32,290 bases of DNA, taken from a virus. Shown one piece after another: positions 8,354-16,923 of the stretch. Below the pieces are notes generated by a model, which had not been told where the DNA came from, made no database searches, and was given only the letters and a program-made list of their open reading frames with translations. Within the stretch, counting starts at the first letter, position 1; each line of letters begins with the position of its first letter. The stretch lies in the IMG/VR virus record IMGVR_UViG_3300028800_001532. One strand, 5' to 3'. The translations under genes were made by a program, and so were the position numbers.

Positions 8354-8904
8354 CGCATGGCACCCTTGCGGTAGCGAGCGTTTTCCTTGCGCAGAAGTTC
8401 GAGGTGACGCTTGGCGATGCGGTCGTCATCTGGCAACACTTCGAGGCCCTCCTTGAGGAGCTTCTGTCGGATCTCGTCACGGGACTCGCACTTGCTTTGC
8501 CGTACCTCGTTGAGGCGGCCGTCCACGAACGACACCTCGAACTCGACATCGGGGGAGCGCTCGCTCACGCGCCCACCGAAGAGATGGTCCCCCTCGAAGA
8601 CAACCGGATCGCATGCGTAGCACTGCGAGTAGCATTCGATCGTCCGGTTGATGCCGTAGCGCTTGTAGGTGGTGGTCTGAGTGGCCGCGAGTCCCGCGTC
8701 CGTGATGACGTACGCCTTTTCAATGTGTTCGTGTTCGTACCGAGCGCTTACGTAGAGCTGGCCCTCGTAGATGAAGTACGAGTCCATGTTGCACTCCAGG
8801 CTCTTGGACTGAAGCTCAACTCCCTTCTGCGGATGGCCGGCGGCGCACAGGAACTTGGCGGCCGATTGATCGTCGAGCACGAAGAAGCTGTCGAACATTC
8901 CCAT
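8350..8904 (-). CDS. hypothetical protein (184 aa)
   Basis: Track ORF. On the minus strand GGTGTA-N10-ATG precedes the start (TACACC at about 8915-8920). Confidence 0.55.
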   Translation of the reverse strand: MGMFDSFFVLDDQSAAKFLCAAGHPQKGVELQSKSLECNMDSYFIYEGQLYVSARYEHEHIEKAYVITDAGLAATQTTTYKRYGINRTIECYSQCYACDPVVFEGDHLFGGRVSERSPDVEFEVSFVDGRLNEVRQSKCESRDEIRQKLLKEGLEVLPDDDRIAKRHLELLRKENARYRKGAMR

Positions 8905-8931
8905 GCCCGACCCTTACACCGCTCCGAAGCG

Positions 8932-9159
8932 TCAGAGCGGGAAGGAACCGGCCGGCACCTTGTCGCGCTCGAACTCGGCCAGGGCTTCCTTCTGGGTGTC
9001 GGTCGGCACCAGCAACCCGCAGGCGCAGGTGTCGATCGCCAGGTCGGCGGGGATCGTGAGCTTCGTGCCCTCAGCTGAGCGGGCATAGCCCGCGAGCTGA
9101 CGTCCGGGCTTGGCGACGGGGTGGATGTTGGTTCCGTGGCAGTTGGAGCAGGTCGGCAT
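8932..9159 (-). CDS. small zinc-ribbon protein (75 aa)
   Basis: The sequence carries CSNCHG ... CACG cysteine pairs. On the minus strand GGTGTA-N11-ATG precedes the start (TACACC at about 9171-9176). Confidence 0.45.
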   Translation of the reverse strand: MPTCSNCHGTNIHPVAKPGRQLAGYARSAEGTKLTIPADLAIDTCACGLLVPTDTQKEALAEFERDKVPAGSFPL

Positions 9160-9232
9160 GGCGGGGACTGTACACCTGTCCCCGTTCCAGGTCTAGCCTC
9201 AAAAGTTACCTCGTTCGGTGTACTGTAGAGGC
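9160..9232. promoter_or_regulatory. divergent promoter region with a GGTGTA element on both strands and a GGGGAC...GTCCCC hairpin
   Basis: On the plus strand GGTGTA lies at about 9217-9222, with N10 before ATG 9233. The minus-strand copy lies at 9171-9176. Confidence 0.5.
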
Positions 9233-9264
9233 ATGGTCTTCCACCGCGCCTATCAGGACAGCTG

Positions 9265-9933
9265 ATGATCTACCTCGGAACGACGAACAGTGACAAGGTC
9301 GCGGAGATCGCGGCGCTCCTCTCCCCGCTCCGGGTGGAGCTGAAGACGATCGCCCTCGATGTGCCCGAGACGGAGGACACCTTCGAGGGCAACGCGCGCC
9401 TGAAGGGGATCGCGTACGCGAAGCACACGGGCGGCATCACGATCTCGGAAGACTCCGGCCTCATCATCCCGGCCCTCGGGGGATTGCCCGGTCCGTGGTC
9501 GGCCCGCTTCTGCGACTGCATCCTCGATCTGGCCACCGGCAAGGTGTCTTCGGTGGCCGAGGTTCATCCTCGTGGGCGTGCCGAGATGGACGTGGTCAAC
9601 AACAACCGTGTCCTGGAGCTGCTGCGGACCAACTGGTTCACGAGAGAGGAACGCTTCAAGGCTCGTCCGGCGGCCGCGATGTTCAAGGTCGTCCTCGTTG
9701 TCGCTTCCCCGAGCGGGATCCTGTTTCAATCCTCAGGCGAGTGCCACGGGTGGATTGCAGAAGAGGCACGAGGGACCAACGGCTTCGGCTACGACTCGAT
9801 CTTCATCGGGCAGGACACGTTCGGCAAGACCTTCGCAGAGCTGGACACTCCCCGCAAGAACCAGCGGAGCCATCGCAAGCGTGTGCTCGACGAGCTGTTC
9901 ATGTGGGCTTCGCAGCATCGGGAGCTTCTATGA
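9265..9933 (+). CDS. Ham1/RdgB-family non-canonical purine NTP pyrophosphatase (ITPase)
   Basis: The N-terminus reads LGTTNSDKVAEI and the motif ISEDSGL is present, both typical of the Ham1 family. The protein has a roughly 30-aa C-terminal extension. Confidence 0.75.
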   Translation: MIYLGTTNSDKVAEIAALLSPLRVELKTIALDVPETEDTFEGNARLKGIAYAKHTGGITISEDSGLIIPALGGLPGPWSARFCDCILDLATGKVSSVAEVHPRGRAEMDVVNNNRVLELLRTNWFTREERFKARPAAAMFKVVLVVASPSGILFQSSGECHGWIAEEARGTNGFGYDSIFIGQDTFGKTFAELDTPRKNQRSHRKRVLDELFMWASQHRELL

Positions 9934-10898
9934 TCGTCATCGACGGCAACGACGGCATCGGCAAGTCCACCATCTGCAAGGAGCTGCAACAACGCGGCTA
10001 CAACGTCGTGGACCGTGGGCTGCCCACGAAGCTGACCGACAACCCGGACCTCGAACCGGACCCTGAGCGCTTCGACGATATCTACTGCATCCTCGACGCG
10101 CCCGTGGAGGTGAGCCGCGAGAGGCTTGCAGCTGCCGGCAAGGATATGAACGAGCACTGGCACACGGTGGAGACGCTCACGCACTACCGCAAGCGCTTCC
10201 AAGAGGTCTCCAGCTGGCTCGGGGTGCCGCTCATCGACTCTACGGGCACGAAAGAGCAGACCCTCGTCAAGGTGCTCAAGTATCTCGACATCAAGCCGAC
10301 AATCCGTGTCGGACTCCCGAAGGGCAGGCTCTTTGGGGTTGCCGACGAATGGCTCGGCAGGGCGGGCTACACGATCGACCCCAAGGGACGCAACTACCGC
10401 CCAAAGTGCTCGGACCCGCAGATCGAGCCGTTCATCCTCAAGCCCCGGGCCTTGCCGCAGATGGTGGCGCTCGGGCTGCTCGATGCTGCCATCACGGGCA
10501 AGGACCTCATCCAGGAGAGCATCTACTGCGGGCACCTTCATGTCGTGGCGAAGCTTCGAGAGCCGCGCGTGCGCATCTGCGTGGCAGCTAGCCCTCAGGG
10601 CACACCCAAGAGGGTGCCGGCTGTCGTCGCGACAGAGTTCCCCAACATCGCGAGCCGCTGGATGCTGGAACACGGGATCGCGCACGTCATCATCCAGACG
10701 TACGGGTCCACGGAAGCGTACGCGCCGGTGTTCGCCGACTACGTGGTGGACGTAGTGGAGACCTCGCAGACCCTCAAGGACAACGGTCTTGAGATCCTCG
10801 AAGAGGTGCTGGACAGTTCACCTGTGCTCATCACCCGCAAGAAGTCCGCTGCATCGCAACACCAGTTCACGCGAAGGATGTGGGAGACGGCGAAATGA
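9930..10898 (+). CDS. fusion protein with an N-terminal P-loop (nucleoside or nucleotide) kinase domain and a C-terminal ATP phosphoribosyltransferase (HisG short form) domain
   Basis: The P-loop reads MIVIDGNDGIGKST. The C-terminal half matches HisG in IRVGLPKGRL, LDAAITGKDL, and VVATEFPNI...YVVDVVETSQTLKDNGL. The start overlaps the Ham1 stop (ATGA). Track ORF 9495..10898 merely extends the frame upstream through the Ham1 gene. Confidence 0.7.
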   Translation: MIVIDGNDGIGKSTICKELQQRGYNVVDRGLPTKLTDNPDLEPDPERFDDIYCILDAPVEVSRERLAAAGKDMNEHWHTVETLTHYRKRFQEVSSWLGVPLIDSTGTKEQTLVKVLKYLDIKPTIRVGLPKGRLFGVADEWLGRAGYTIDPKGRNYRPKCSDPQIEPFILKPRALPQMVALGLLDAAITGKDLIQESIYCGHLHVVAKLREPRVRICVAASPQGTPKRVPAVVATEFPNIASRWMLEHGIAHVIIQTYGSTEAYAPVFADYVVDVVETSQTLKDNGLEILEEVLDSSPVLITRKKSAASQHQFTRRMWETAK

Positions 10899-11695
10899 GC
10901 CTGGACATCGACAAGCTGACCGACGCGCAGTTCGAGGCCCTTCCTCTGGTGGTCGAGGGGGAGAGCAAGATCGTGCGGGATGCCGGCAAGGGCTACGCGG
11001 TCATCAAGTTCAAGCCGACCATCTACTCCTTCACAAGCAACCGTACGGGGGTCGTGCCGGGCTCGGACGTGCTTCGCTTACGAGCAACCAAGGTTTTCGT
11101 CAGGGAGCTGCTGCGCAACGGGGTCGATCACTCGTACGAGGCCATCAACGATCGCTTCGTGCTCTCGCGCCTCATCCCCCGTCCCCCGCCGATCGAGGTG
11201 GTGGTCAAGTCGTACCACTCGGGCACGTCGAAGCACCGTTACGTGGGGATGACGGACCATTCCATCCGTCAGAGCCACCCCTTCTACGCCGGCAAGACCT
11301 TCGGTCCGGACGGTGGCTACCCTACCACCCTCGTGCGCTTCGACTGGCGCAACCCCATGTGGCACCCTGAGGACCAGAAGAAGATGCTGGCCGATGAAGT
11401 GCTCGGCGACGATCTGGCCGACTGGTACATCGACACGCACGTGGCGCGCAGGACAGCCCTCCAGACGCAGCGTATCCTCCAGGACTTCCTGGCGAATCGC
11501 GACGTCATGGTCTACGACCTGTGCCTGTTCATCACGGAGGACGGGCAGGAGGTCTTCGGCGAGATCAGCCAGGATTGCGGCCGTTTCCGGCACTTCGATC
11601 TCGGATCGCTCGACAAGGACGTCTGGCGTGCTGGGGGTTCGAGCGCAGTGGTGCTAGAGAAATGGAAGACCCTGCTCGACATCATCGAGAAGTAG
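10895..11695 (+). CDS. SAICAR synthetase (PurC)-like ATP-dependent ligase
   Basis: VVEGESKIVRD...IKFKPTIYSFTSNRTGVVPGSDVLR and PIEVVVKSYHSGTSKHR align to the PurC motifs GKAK..., FDxxG and VEVVVRNxxAGSLxKR. The start overlaps the previous stop (ATGA). Confidence 0.65.
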   Translation: MSLDIDKLTDAQFEALPLVVEGESKIVRDAGKGYAVIKFKPTIYSFTSNRTGVVPGSDVLRLRATKVFVRELLRNGVDHSYEAINDRFVLSRLIPRPPPIEVVVKSYHSGTSKHRYVGMTDHSIRQSHPFYAGKTFGPDGGYPTTLVRFDWRNPMWHPEDQKKMLADEVLGDDLADWYIDTHVARRTALQTQRILQDFLANRDVMVYDLCLFITEDGQEVFGEISQDCGRFRHFDLGSLDKDVWRAGGSSAVVLEKWKTLLDIIEK

Positions 11696-11701
11696 GAGTC
11701 C

Positions 11702-12268
11702 ATGAACTACCAAAGCAGCTTCAAGGTGCCTGCTGGCAAGGTGCCGAGCATCGTGCTCTGCAACCCTAAGAATGCCTATAATGTCTCGATGGTCCAACGC
11801 ATCGCCTCCTGCTACGGCTGGCAGCAGGTCTGGTTCACAGGCGACCGTGTGGGCCTGGACCTCGCGGGCAAGAAGCGCCTGCCCCGTGAAGAGCGGATGA
11901 AGGGCTTCAAGCAGGTCGAGATCGTCCAGTACGACCGACCCCTCGATCAGTTCAGCAAGGACGTGGTCCCTATCGCCGTCGAGGTCCGGGCGAACTCGGA
12001 GAAGCTGCACCAGTTCGAGCATCCGGACAATGCCGTCTATGTCTTCGGTCCCGAGGACGGGTCCATCCCCGAGGGGGTGCTGACGCACTGCCATCGGTTC
12101 CTCGTCATTCCGGTGAGGTTCTGCCTGAACCTCGCGACAGCGGTGTCCACGATCCTCTGGGACCGGGCGTACAAGCGGGGCGAGGTCCACGAGATGGAGG
12201 ACGCCAAGGCGTACGCCGAGACCGACACGAAGGCCATGGGGATCTACGACGAGCTGAGGCAGTCGTGA
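11702..12268 (+). CDS. SpoU/TrmH-family (SPOUT) RNA 2-prime-O-methyltransferase
   Basis: IVLCNPKNAYNVSMVQR, VYVFGPEDGSIPEGVL and LVIPVRFCLNLATAVSTIL match the three SPOUT motifs. Confidence 0.75.
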   Translation: MNYQSSFKVPAGKVPSIVLCNPKNAYNVSMVQRIASCYGWQQVWFTGDRVGLDLAGKKRLPREERMKGFKQVEIVQYDRPLDQFSKDVVPIAVEVRANSEKLHQFEHPDNAVYVFGPEDGSIPEGVLTHCHRFLVIPVRFCLNLATAVSTILWDRAYKRGEVHEMEDAKAYAETDTKAMGIYDELRQS

Positions 12269-12510
12269 ACGACGTTGCAGCAGCGTGTCCGCACGAGCAT
12301 CTCCAGTTCGAGGTGTGCGATCAGACCGGGGGCGTGGGCTGCAACGACTGCAACACCCTCCTAGCCTACTGCTGGGCTGACAACCACATTCCCGAGTCGT
12401 TGTGGAACCGCATGTGCGCCCAGGACCCGGAGGCTCGTCCCTGCGAGCAGAGTCGCGATGACGTGTGCGCCCTCTGCGATGAGCCCATCGAGACGAAGTC
12501 GGAGAGTTGA
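12265..12510 (+). CDS. small Cys-rich protein (81 aa)
   Basis: The GTG start overlaps the previous stop (GTGA). The sequence carries CPHEH ... CNDCN ... CALCD pairs. Confidence 0.45.
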   Translation: MNDVAAACPHEHLQFEVCDQTGGVGCNDCNTLLAYCWADNHIPESLWNRMCAQDPEARPCEQSRDDVCALCDEPIETKSES

Positions 12511-12524
12511 CCAAGGAGAGAACG

Positions 12525-12794
12525 ATGCTGAGCGACAATGCAATGTGTGTGCTGACGGCCATCAAGCTGGGGTGCTCCATCTCGTCAATCCCGAGCACCA
12601 TCTACGACGAGCTAGCCGGTGCCGGTCTGATTTGCGCCTCTGTTCCGTGTCTGCCCGACGTGTGCCTGACCGATGCAGGTGCGGAGCTGGTGTCTGACGT
12701 GGAGTACGCATCGGGCGAGACGGGTGTCGTGCCGTTCGGGCACTTCCGAGACGTGTCCAGGCCGTGTCCTGTCAGCGACCGCCAGTCTCTATAG
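12525..12794 (+). CDS. small hypothetical protein (89 aa)
   Basis: The Shine-Dalgarno site AAGGAGAG lies 5 nt upstream of ATG 12525. Confidence 0.45.
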   Translation: MLSDNAMCVLTAIKLGCSISSIPSTIYDELAGAGLICASVPCLPDVCLTDAGAELVSDVEYASGETGVVPFGHFRDVSRPCPVSDRQSL

Positions 12795-12820
12795 GCTCGA
12801 CGTCCACGAAAGAGACGACG

Positions 12821-13099
12821 ATGCTGACCGACAAACAGAAAGCGATGATCCTGGCGAGCGACAGATGGCCCGTGACGATGGTCACGGAGCGTGAGCGTGA
12901 CTCGATCTCCTACGAGGTCGTGTGCGGCAACGTCACGGCCGGAGACCATGGCGACGCGCGGTCCGTCTGGTGCGAGACGGTACACTTCGGTGCGACGGAC
13001 GCCACCGTTGCAGGTGGGTCCGACTTCGTTCAGGCGGCACGGCATCAGCAGCAGATCGCTGACGAAGTGCTGGCGTTCCTTCACGAAACCGAGGGCTGA
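12821..13099 (+). CDS. small hypothetical protein (92 aa)
   Basis: The ATG is internal to track ORF 12764..13099. The Shine-Dalgarno-like AAAGAGA lies upstream. Confidence 0.45.
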   Translation: MLTDKQKAMILASDRWPVTMVTERERDSISYEVVCGNVTAGDHGDARSVWCETVHFGATDATVAGGSDFVQAARHQQQIADEVLAFLHETEG

Positions 13100-13133
13100 C
13101 ACCCTGCGCGCTTGCCCTCGAAAGGAATGCGAC

Positions 13134-13367
13134 ATGCAACCGATCGTGTTCAAAGAATGTACCGTGGAGACGACGGCTCGCGACGGGGAACGCCGGACGA
13201 GGGTCACTCTTCGACTGTCGAGAGGCTGGGTTGGAGACACGTATCCGGACGGTGAGGTGCGCGAACCCTCATTGTTGACGTTGTCGATCGACAACAAGGT
13301 CGCAGCCGGCCTGAGATTGGGCCAGGTCTTCACGCTGACTTTGGCGGAAGAGATCCAGGCCAAGTAG
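13134..13367 (+). CDS. small hypothetical protein (77 aa)
   Basis: The ATG is internal to track ORF 12891..13367. A TGCGCGC motif lies about 35 nt upstream. Confidence 0.45.
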   Translation: MQPIVFKECTVETTARDGERRTRVTLRLSRGWVGDTYPDGEVREPSLLTLSIDNKVAAGLRLGQVFTLTLAEEIQAK

Positions 13368-13402
13368 TGATCCAACCCTGCGCGCGGGCCGCAGTTTCCG
13401 CC

Positions 13403-13467
13403 ATGCGCTGTACGTACTGAACACCCGTCTTAGAATCGTACTCGACGGGGTTGCGCTGTACGTACGG
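13403..13467. repeat. 13-nt direct repeat GCGCTGTACGTAC present twice (about 48 nt apart) in a 150-nt intergenic region
   Basis: The copies lie at about 13405-13417 and 13453-13465. Each contains the palindromic GTACGTAC. The repeat lies upstream of a module that contains an RHH protein. Confidence 0.5.
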
Positions 13468-13518
13468 AGCATGTAGATTGATTGGTGTCAGCACGGAGCT
13501 GGCGCGGAGGATGAGACG

Positions 13519-13731
13519 ATGACCGCCGAGAAGCTTGCTAAGAGCCTGTTTGCCGACGACCTGGGCCGCGCCGATGACGTCCCCGTCGAGCGCGATGGGG
13601 AGCGGGCCTACGACGGCTGGGTCCGCGCCGCTGGTGAGGCTGGCGACAGGGAGACGGCGACGGCCCTGGCCGGCGTCGATCGCTCCGAGTTCGCCGCCGC
13701 GTGGGACGCGCTCGTCGAGGCGCAGTCGTGA
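13519..13731 (+). CDS. small acidic hypothetical protein (70 aa)
   Basis: Track ORF. The Shine-Dalgarno site GGAGGA lies upstream. Confidence 0.45.
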   Translation: MTAEKLAKSLFADDLGRADDVPVERDGERAYDGWVRAAGEAGDRETATALAGVDRSEFAAAWDALVEAQS

Positions 13732-13904
13732 GCCGCTCCGGCACCCCCACGACCCCGAACGGCAAACGCACGCGCCCGATGGTCACGCTCACGCTCTCCC
13801 CCGAGGCACTTGCCCGACTCGACGCCATCGCGGCCGAGCGCGGGCAGACGCGATCCGGTGCCGTCGAGCAGCTCGTGCGCAACGCGCGATTGGGCGAGCG
13901 GTAG
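13728..13904 (+). CDS. ribbon-helix-helix (CopG/Arc-like) DNA-binding protein
   Basis: MVTLTLSPEALARLDAIAAERGQTRSGAVEQLVRNA fits the RHH pattern. A GTG start at 13728 overlaps the previous stop. ATG 13779 is an alternative start. Confidence 0.5.
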   Translation: MSRSGTPTTPNGKRTRPMVTLTLSPEALARLDAIAAERGQTRSGAVEQLVRNARLGER

Positions 13905-13935
13905 ACGTACACACCTGCGCGCGAGGGACAAGAAG

Positions 13936-14250
13936 ATGAAAAAGCCTGACGTCACTTTCTCGAAACCGTCCAAGGCCGACATGGCTTATGCGATGAAGCG
14001 GCTCCGGTACATGGACCCGGCGAACGTGGCGAAGGACCACAAGTCGCCGGAGGCGAGAGCCGCGATCACGGCCGTGCTTCGTTGGCTCTCCCTCAACTCG
14101 AATGTCGCGTGGAGACTCAAGACGGGCGCCTACACCGACGTCGCCATGTCGAAGAGTGTGCGTCGGGATGGTCCGTGGGACGCCACGATCCTGAGCAAGA
14201 AGGCTCTGGAGCAGATCGAAAAACTGTTCGATTTCGACGGCGCGCAGTGA
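13936..14250 (+). CDS. small hypothetical protein (104 aa)
   Basis: The ATG is internal to track ORF 13810..14250. A TGCGCGC motif lies about 25 nt upstream. Confidence 0.45.
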   Translation: MKKPDVTFSKPSKADMAYAMKRLRYMDPANVAKDHKSPEARAAITAVLRWLSLNSNVAWRLKTGAYTDVAMSKSVRRDGPWDATILSKKALEQIEKLFDFDGAQ

Positions 14251-14333
14251 TCCCAATTTGCGCGCCAGCCGCCTTTTCGCAGAATCGACCGAGAAACACA
14301 CTCTCTAATAGACAACCGAGCGAGGCCCACGCG

Positions 14334-14999
14334 ATGAACGATACACGATCTGACGCGGAGGTCGCGAAGTCGGCCGAGTCTTACGGGTTGCCGACGACGT
14401 ACCGCGCAGCCGTCGAGGAAGTACACGAGTGGCGCGAGGCGTCGCAGGTCGTCGGCTACTTCACGCCCGACTCGCTGCGGAAGTACCTCGTCGCCCAGGG
14501 ACGGCACCATGACGAGCACCATGCCAGCGAGAAGCGCTTGTGGGACGCCATCGGGGGCGAACCGGAAGACGACGCGGACCCGGAGGTGCGCGAGTTGGAT
14601 GACGCCGTGCGCGCCACGATCCAGTACGAGCGCGACCAGACGGAGCAGGCTCGCTCAGTCATCGACATGGCCAAGGCTGCACTGCCGGAGTACCTGCACG
14701 GCGAACCTGACCTGGTCTTCGCGGTGAAGGTGCTCGCCGGTCACTACGCGAGTCAGTTGAAGACGGCGACCGAGTTCGCCGGGAGCCTGAAGGAAGCCCA
14801 CGCCGCGTTGCGCGCGCTCACTGGCGGACACATCGCAAGCGAGGTTGAGGCCGAGTTGGCGAAAGAGTCGAACGGTTCGCCGTTCGCCCTAGGCGTGCGC
14901 GCTCTCGACCGCATCCGCAAGCATCGCTGCCTCGCATGCGGCAAGCTCACGCGCGACACGACGGCCGGGTGCGATCACTGCGAACTGGAGGACAAGTGA
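14334..14999 (+). CDS. hypothetical protein (221 aa) with a C-terminal CxxC...CxxC
   Basis: The ATG is internal to track ORF 14082..14999. The C-terminus reads CLACGK...CDHCE. Confidence 0.45.
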   Translation: MNDTRSDAEVAKSAESYGLPTTYRAAVEEVHEWREASQVVGYFTPDSLRKYLVAQGRHHDEHHASEKRLWDAIGGEPEDDADPEVRELDDAVRATIQYERDQTEQARSVIDMAKAALPEYLHGEPDLVFAVKVLAGHYASQLKTATEFAGSLKEAHAALRALTGGHIASEVEAELAKESNGSPFALGVRALDRIRKHRCLACGKLTRDTTAGCDHCELEDK

Positions 15000-15181
15000 G
15001 CAAGCCGTTCACGCGCCGCCAGCTGGAAGAGGCGTTGCACGCGGCCGTGCTCGGCCTGCGGTCGCTCGACGGGATGTCTGGCACGGTCGAGAAGAGAGCG
15101 AGCCTGATCAAGCCCGCTCCCACTTCCGGGGGCCGACTACAATGCAAGATGGCGCGTGATCTGCGCGCTTTGTGGACCTAG
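14996..15181 (+). CDS. small hypothetical protein (61 aa)
   Basis: The GTG start overlaps the previous stop (GTGA), in the frame of track ORF 14936..15181. Confidence 0.35.
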   Translation: MSKPFTRRQLEEALHAAVLGLRSLDGMSGTVEKRASLIKPAPTSGGRLQCKMARDLRALWT

Positions 15182-15196
15182 ACGGAGGAAACGTAG

Positions 15197-15562
15197 ATGC
15201 CTCTTACACCAATCCAGACGAGGTGGGACGACGGGGTCACGTTGCGGCCCTTGGAGTCCAAGGTGGCACGCGTCCTGCGCGACGTCGGTGGGTACCTGCT
15301 CTACCGCGAGTGCTACAGCGGGAGCGAGCCGTCCGTCTCTCGCGTGCACTGGTACGTGAGTCTTGGCTCCTATCCGTGGCGAGTCTCGTTGAAGGAAGGG
15401 ACTGTCGCCGAGACCTGGCACGAAGTAGAGCAGTACCCAACGTTCCACGAGGCCGATGCAGCAGCCAGGCGCCACGTGCGCCGATGCGCGTGCGCCGTCC
15501 CAGATGGGACGGACTGGAAGGCGGCGCCGCTGTTCGATCGGCACGAAGCGGGTACGCGCTGA
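15197..15562 (+). CDS. small hypothetical protein (121 aa)
   Basis: Track ORF. The Shine-Dalgarno site GGAGGA lies 8 nt upstream. Confidence 0.45.
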   Translation: MPLTPIQTRWDDGVTLRPLESKVARVLRDVGGYLLYRECYSGSEPSVSRVHWYVSLGSYPWRVSLKEGTVAETWHEVEQYPTFHEADAAARRHVRRCACAVPDGTDWKAAPLFDRHEAGTR

Positions 15563-15750
15563 TGGCCGCCAAGCGAGCCCCGACGAAGAAGACGACGTGG
15601 AAGCTGCCCAAGGGCTACACGCTCACGATCTGCGGCGATGTGCTCCAGGTCTGCGACGCTGCGGGCGACGAGGTGCTCTGCATCGACGAAGACGATGCAG
15701 ACGAGTGGATCGAGACGATGAAGGACGCGGCCGACACTCAGCAGCGGTAA
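15562..15750 (+). CDS. small acidic hypothetical protein (62 aa)
   Basis: The ATG overlaps the previous stop (TGATG). The reading frame is in-frame with the tail of track ORF 15172..15750. Confidence 0.4.
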   Translation: MAAKRAPTKKTTWKLPKGYTLTICGDVLQVCDAAGDEVLCIDEDDADEWIETMKDAADTQQR

Positions 15751-15815
15751 GTAGTAGTGCGCGCAGCTCAGAGAAACTTGCGCGCGATGAACAGCGGAAC
15801 GAAGGAGACGTAGCG

Positions 15816-16037
15816 ATGGGCAAGAAGCGGAAGTACAGGGTCATCGGTTCGGTCACGATCAGCGTGAACACGGAGGTGGAGGCCACATCGAAGGCCGAAG
15901 CTGTCAGGCTCGCACAAGAGCGTCCGATGCAGTCGTTCTGCCACCAGTGCTCCACGGGCAGCCCTGACGAGGAGTGGACTACGAGCGGCGAGTTGGATGG
16001 AGAGCCGACCGACGTGCGGGTGGAAGAGGAGACCTGA
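15816..16037 (+). CDS. small hypothetical protein (73 aa)
   Basis: The Shine-Dalgarno site AAGGAG lies upstream. Tandem TGCGCGC motifs lie upstream. Confidence 0.45.
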   Translation: MGKKRKYRVIGSVTISVNTEVEATSKAEAVRLAQERPMQSFCHQCSTGSPDEEWTTSGELDGEPTDVRVEEET

Positions 16038-16039
16038 CG

Positions 16040-16285
16040 ATGGCGACGAGGAAGCGGCAGAAGGTGGCGGGTCCGTGGATGCACGGCGTCGATGGTAGCG
16101 ATCAGGGACAGCCCGTCATGCGCGACGACATCGGCGGGCCGGAGGGGGAGATCGGCATCACGCTAGCCGTCGAGTACCCGACGTGCGTCTACGTCAGGAC
16201 GTTCTTCGGTGAGGAGTGGCGCAGGGTGAAGGACCGCAAGGCGGCCGACAGGGCGCTTCGCCGCGCAGGTTGGACACTGACGTGA
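16040..16285 (+). CDS. small hypothetical protein (81 aa)
   Basis: ATG 16040 lies 3 nt after the previous stop. Confidence 0.4.
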   Translation: MATRKRQKVAGPWMHGVDGSDQGQPVMRDDIGGPEGEIGITLAVEYPTCVYVRTFFGEEWRRVKDRKAADRALRRAGWTLT

Positions 16286-16347
16286 TCACGGACACTCGCG
16301 TGGGCGCCTGCGCGCTTTTGGGACCTAGACGAAGGAAGGGTGAAGCG

Positions 16348-16542
16348 ATGGGCGTTCCGTTCGGTGAGATGGTGACACGCATCACGGTGAAGACGGGCAT
16401 GTGGGTTGACCACAAGGAGGACGGCACGACGACTCTCGTGATCGCAATGGCCAACGGCCGCACGGTGACGGACACGCTCTCCAGCGACGATCGTCACTCG
16501 CTGCTGAACGCGCTGACGTGGAAACCTGGTGATGCGAGGTAG
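16348..16542 (+). CDS. small hypothetical protein (64 aa)
   Basis: The Shine-Dalgarno site GAAGGAAGG lies upstream. A TGCGCGC motif lies about 35 nt upstream. Confidence 0.4.
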   Translation: MGVPFGEMVTRITVKTGMWVDHKEDGTTTLVIAMANGRTVTDTLSSDDRHSLLNALTWKPGDAR

Positions 16543-16610
16543 GTTCGGACGTTCGTGTGGGCCAGGTAGCCTGCGCGCATCTTGAGACGGGACAACGGAA
16601 AGGAGCGGCG

Positions 16611-16781
16611 ATGGTCCAGTTTCACCGGCACCCTGACTGCAGATGCGACGTCGCCCCAAAGGGCTGCATCGTGCATCCACCCGGCCACCGCGGCACCGAA
16701 TTGGCCACGCTCAGCGCGCCCCGCGCACAACTGGAGGCGCTGGCCTGCGCCGGCCCGCGCGGCGTTCCCCCGCATGGGTGA
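16611..16781 (+). CDS. small hypothetical protein (56 aa)
   Basis: The Shine-Dalgarno site AAAGGAG lies upstream. GC3 is high. The stop overlaps the next start (ATGGGTGA). Confidence 0.4.
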   Translation: MVQFHRHPDCRCDVAPKGCIVHPPGHRGTELATLSAPRAQLEALACAGPRGVPPHG

Positions 16782-16923
16782 GTGCAGTTCGACGGAGGCG
16801 CATGCGTGTCCGCGGTGCGGCATGTGCCGCGAGGAGTGGGCCCACGGGCGTAAGTGCGAGTTCTGGCGTCTTCTGCGAGAAGTGATGAACGTGGCGCCAC
16901 CAGCTTCGGAAAAGGGCGCGTGA
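16774..16923 (+). CDS. small Cys-rich protein (49 aa)
   Basis: The sequence carries CPRCGMC ... C. GC3 is high. The stop lies inside copy 3 of the 28-nt element. Confidence 0.35.
   Translation: MGECSSTEAHACPRCGMCREEWAHGRKCEFWRLLREVMNVAPPASEKGA

Noticed and set aside
9495-9929. Upstream extension of the kinase-HisG ORF to 9495, overlapping the Ham1 gene
   Set aside because: The extension is Arg/Gly-rich low complexity in a frame overlapping a well-supported Ham1 CDS. The conserved P-loop begins right at ATG 9930, which is coupled to the Ham1 stop by ATGA.
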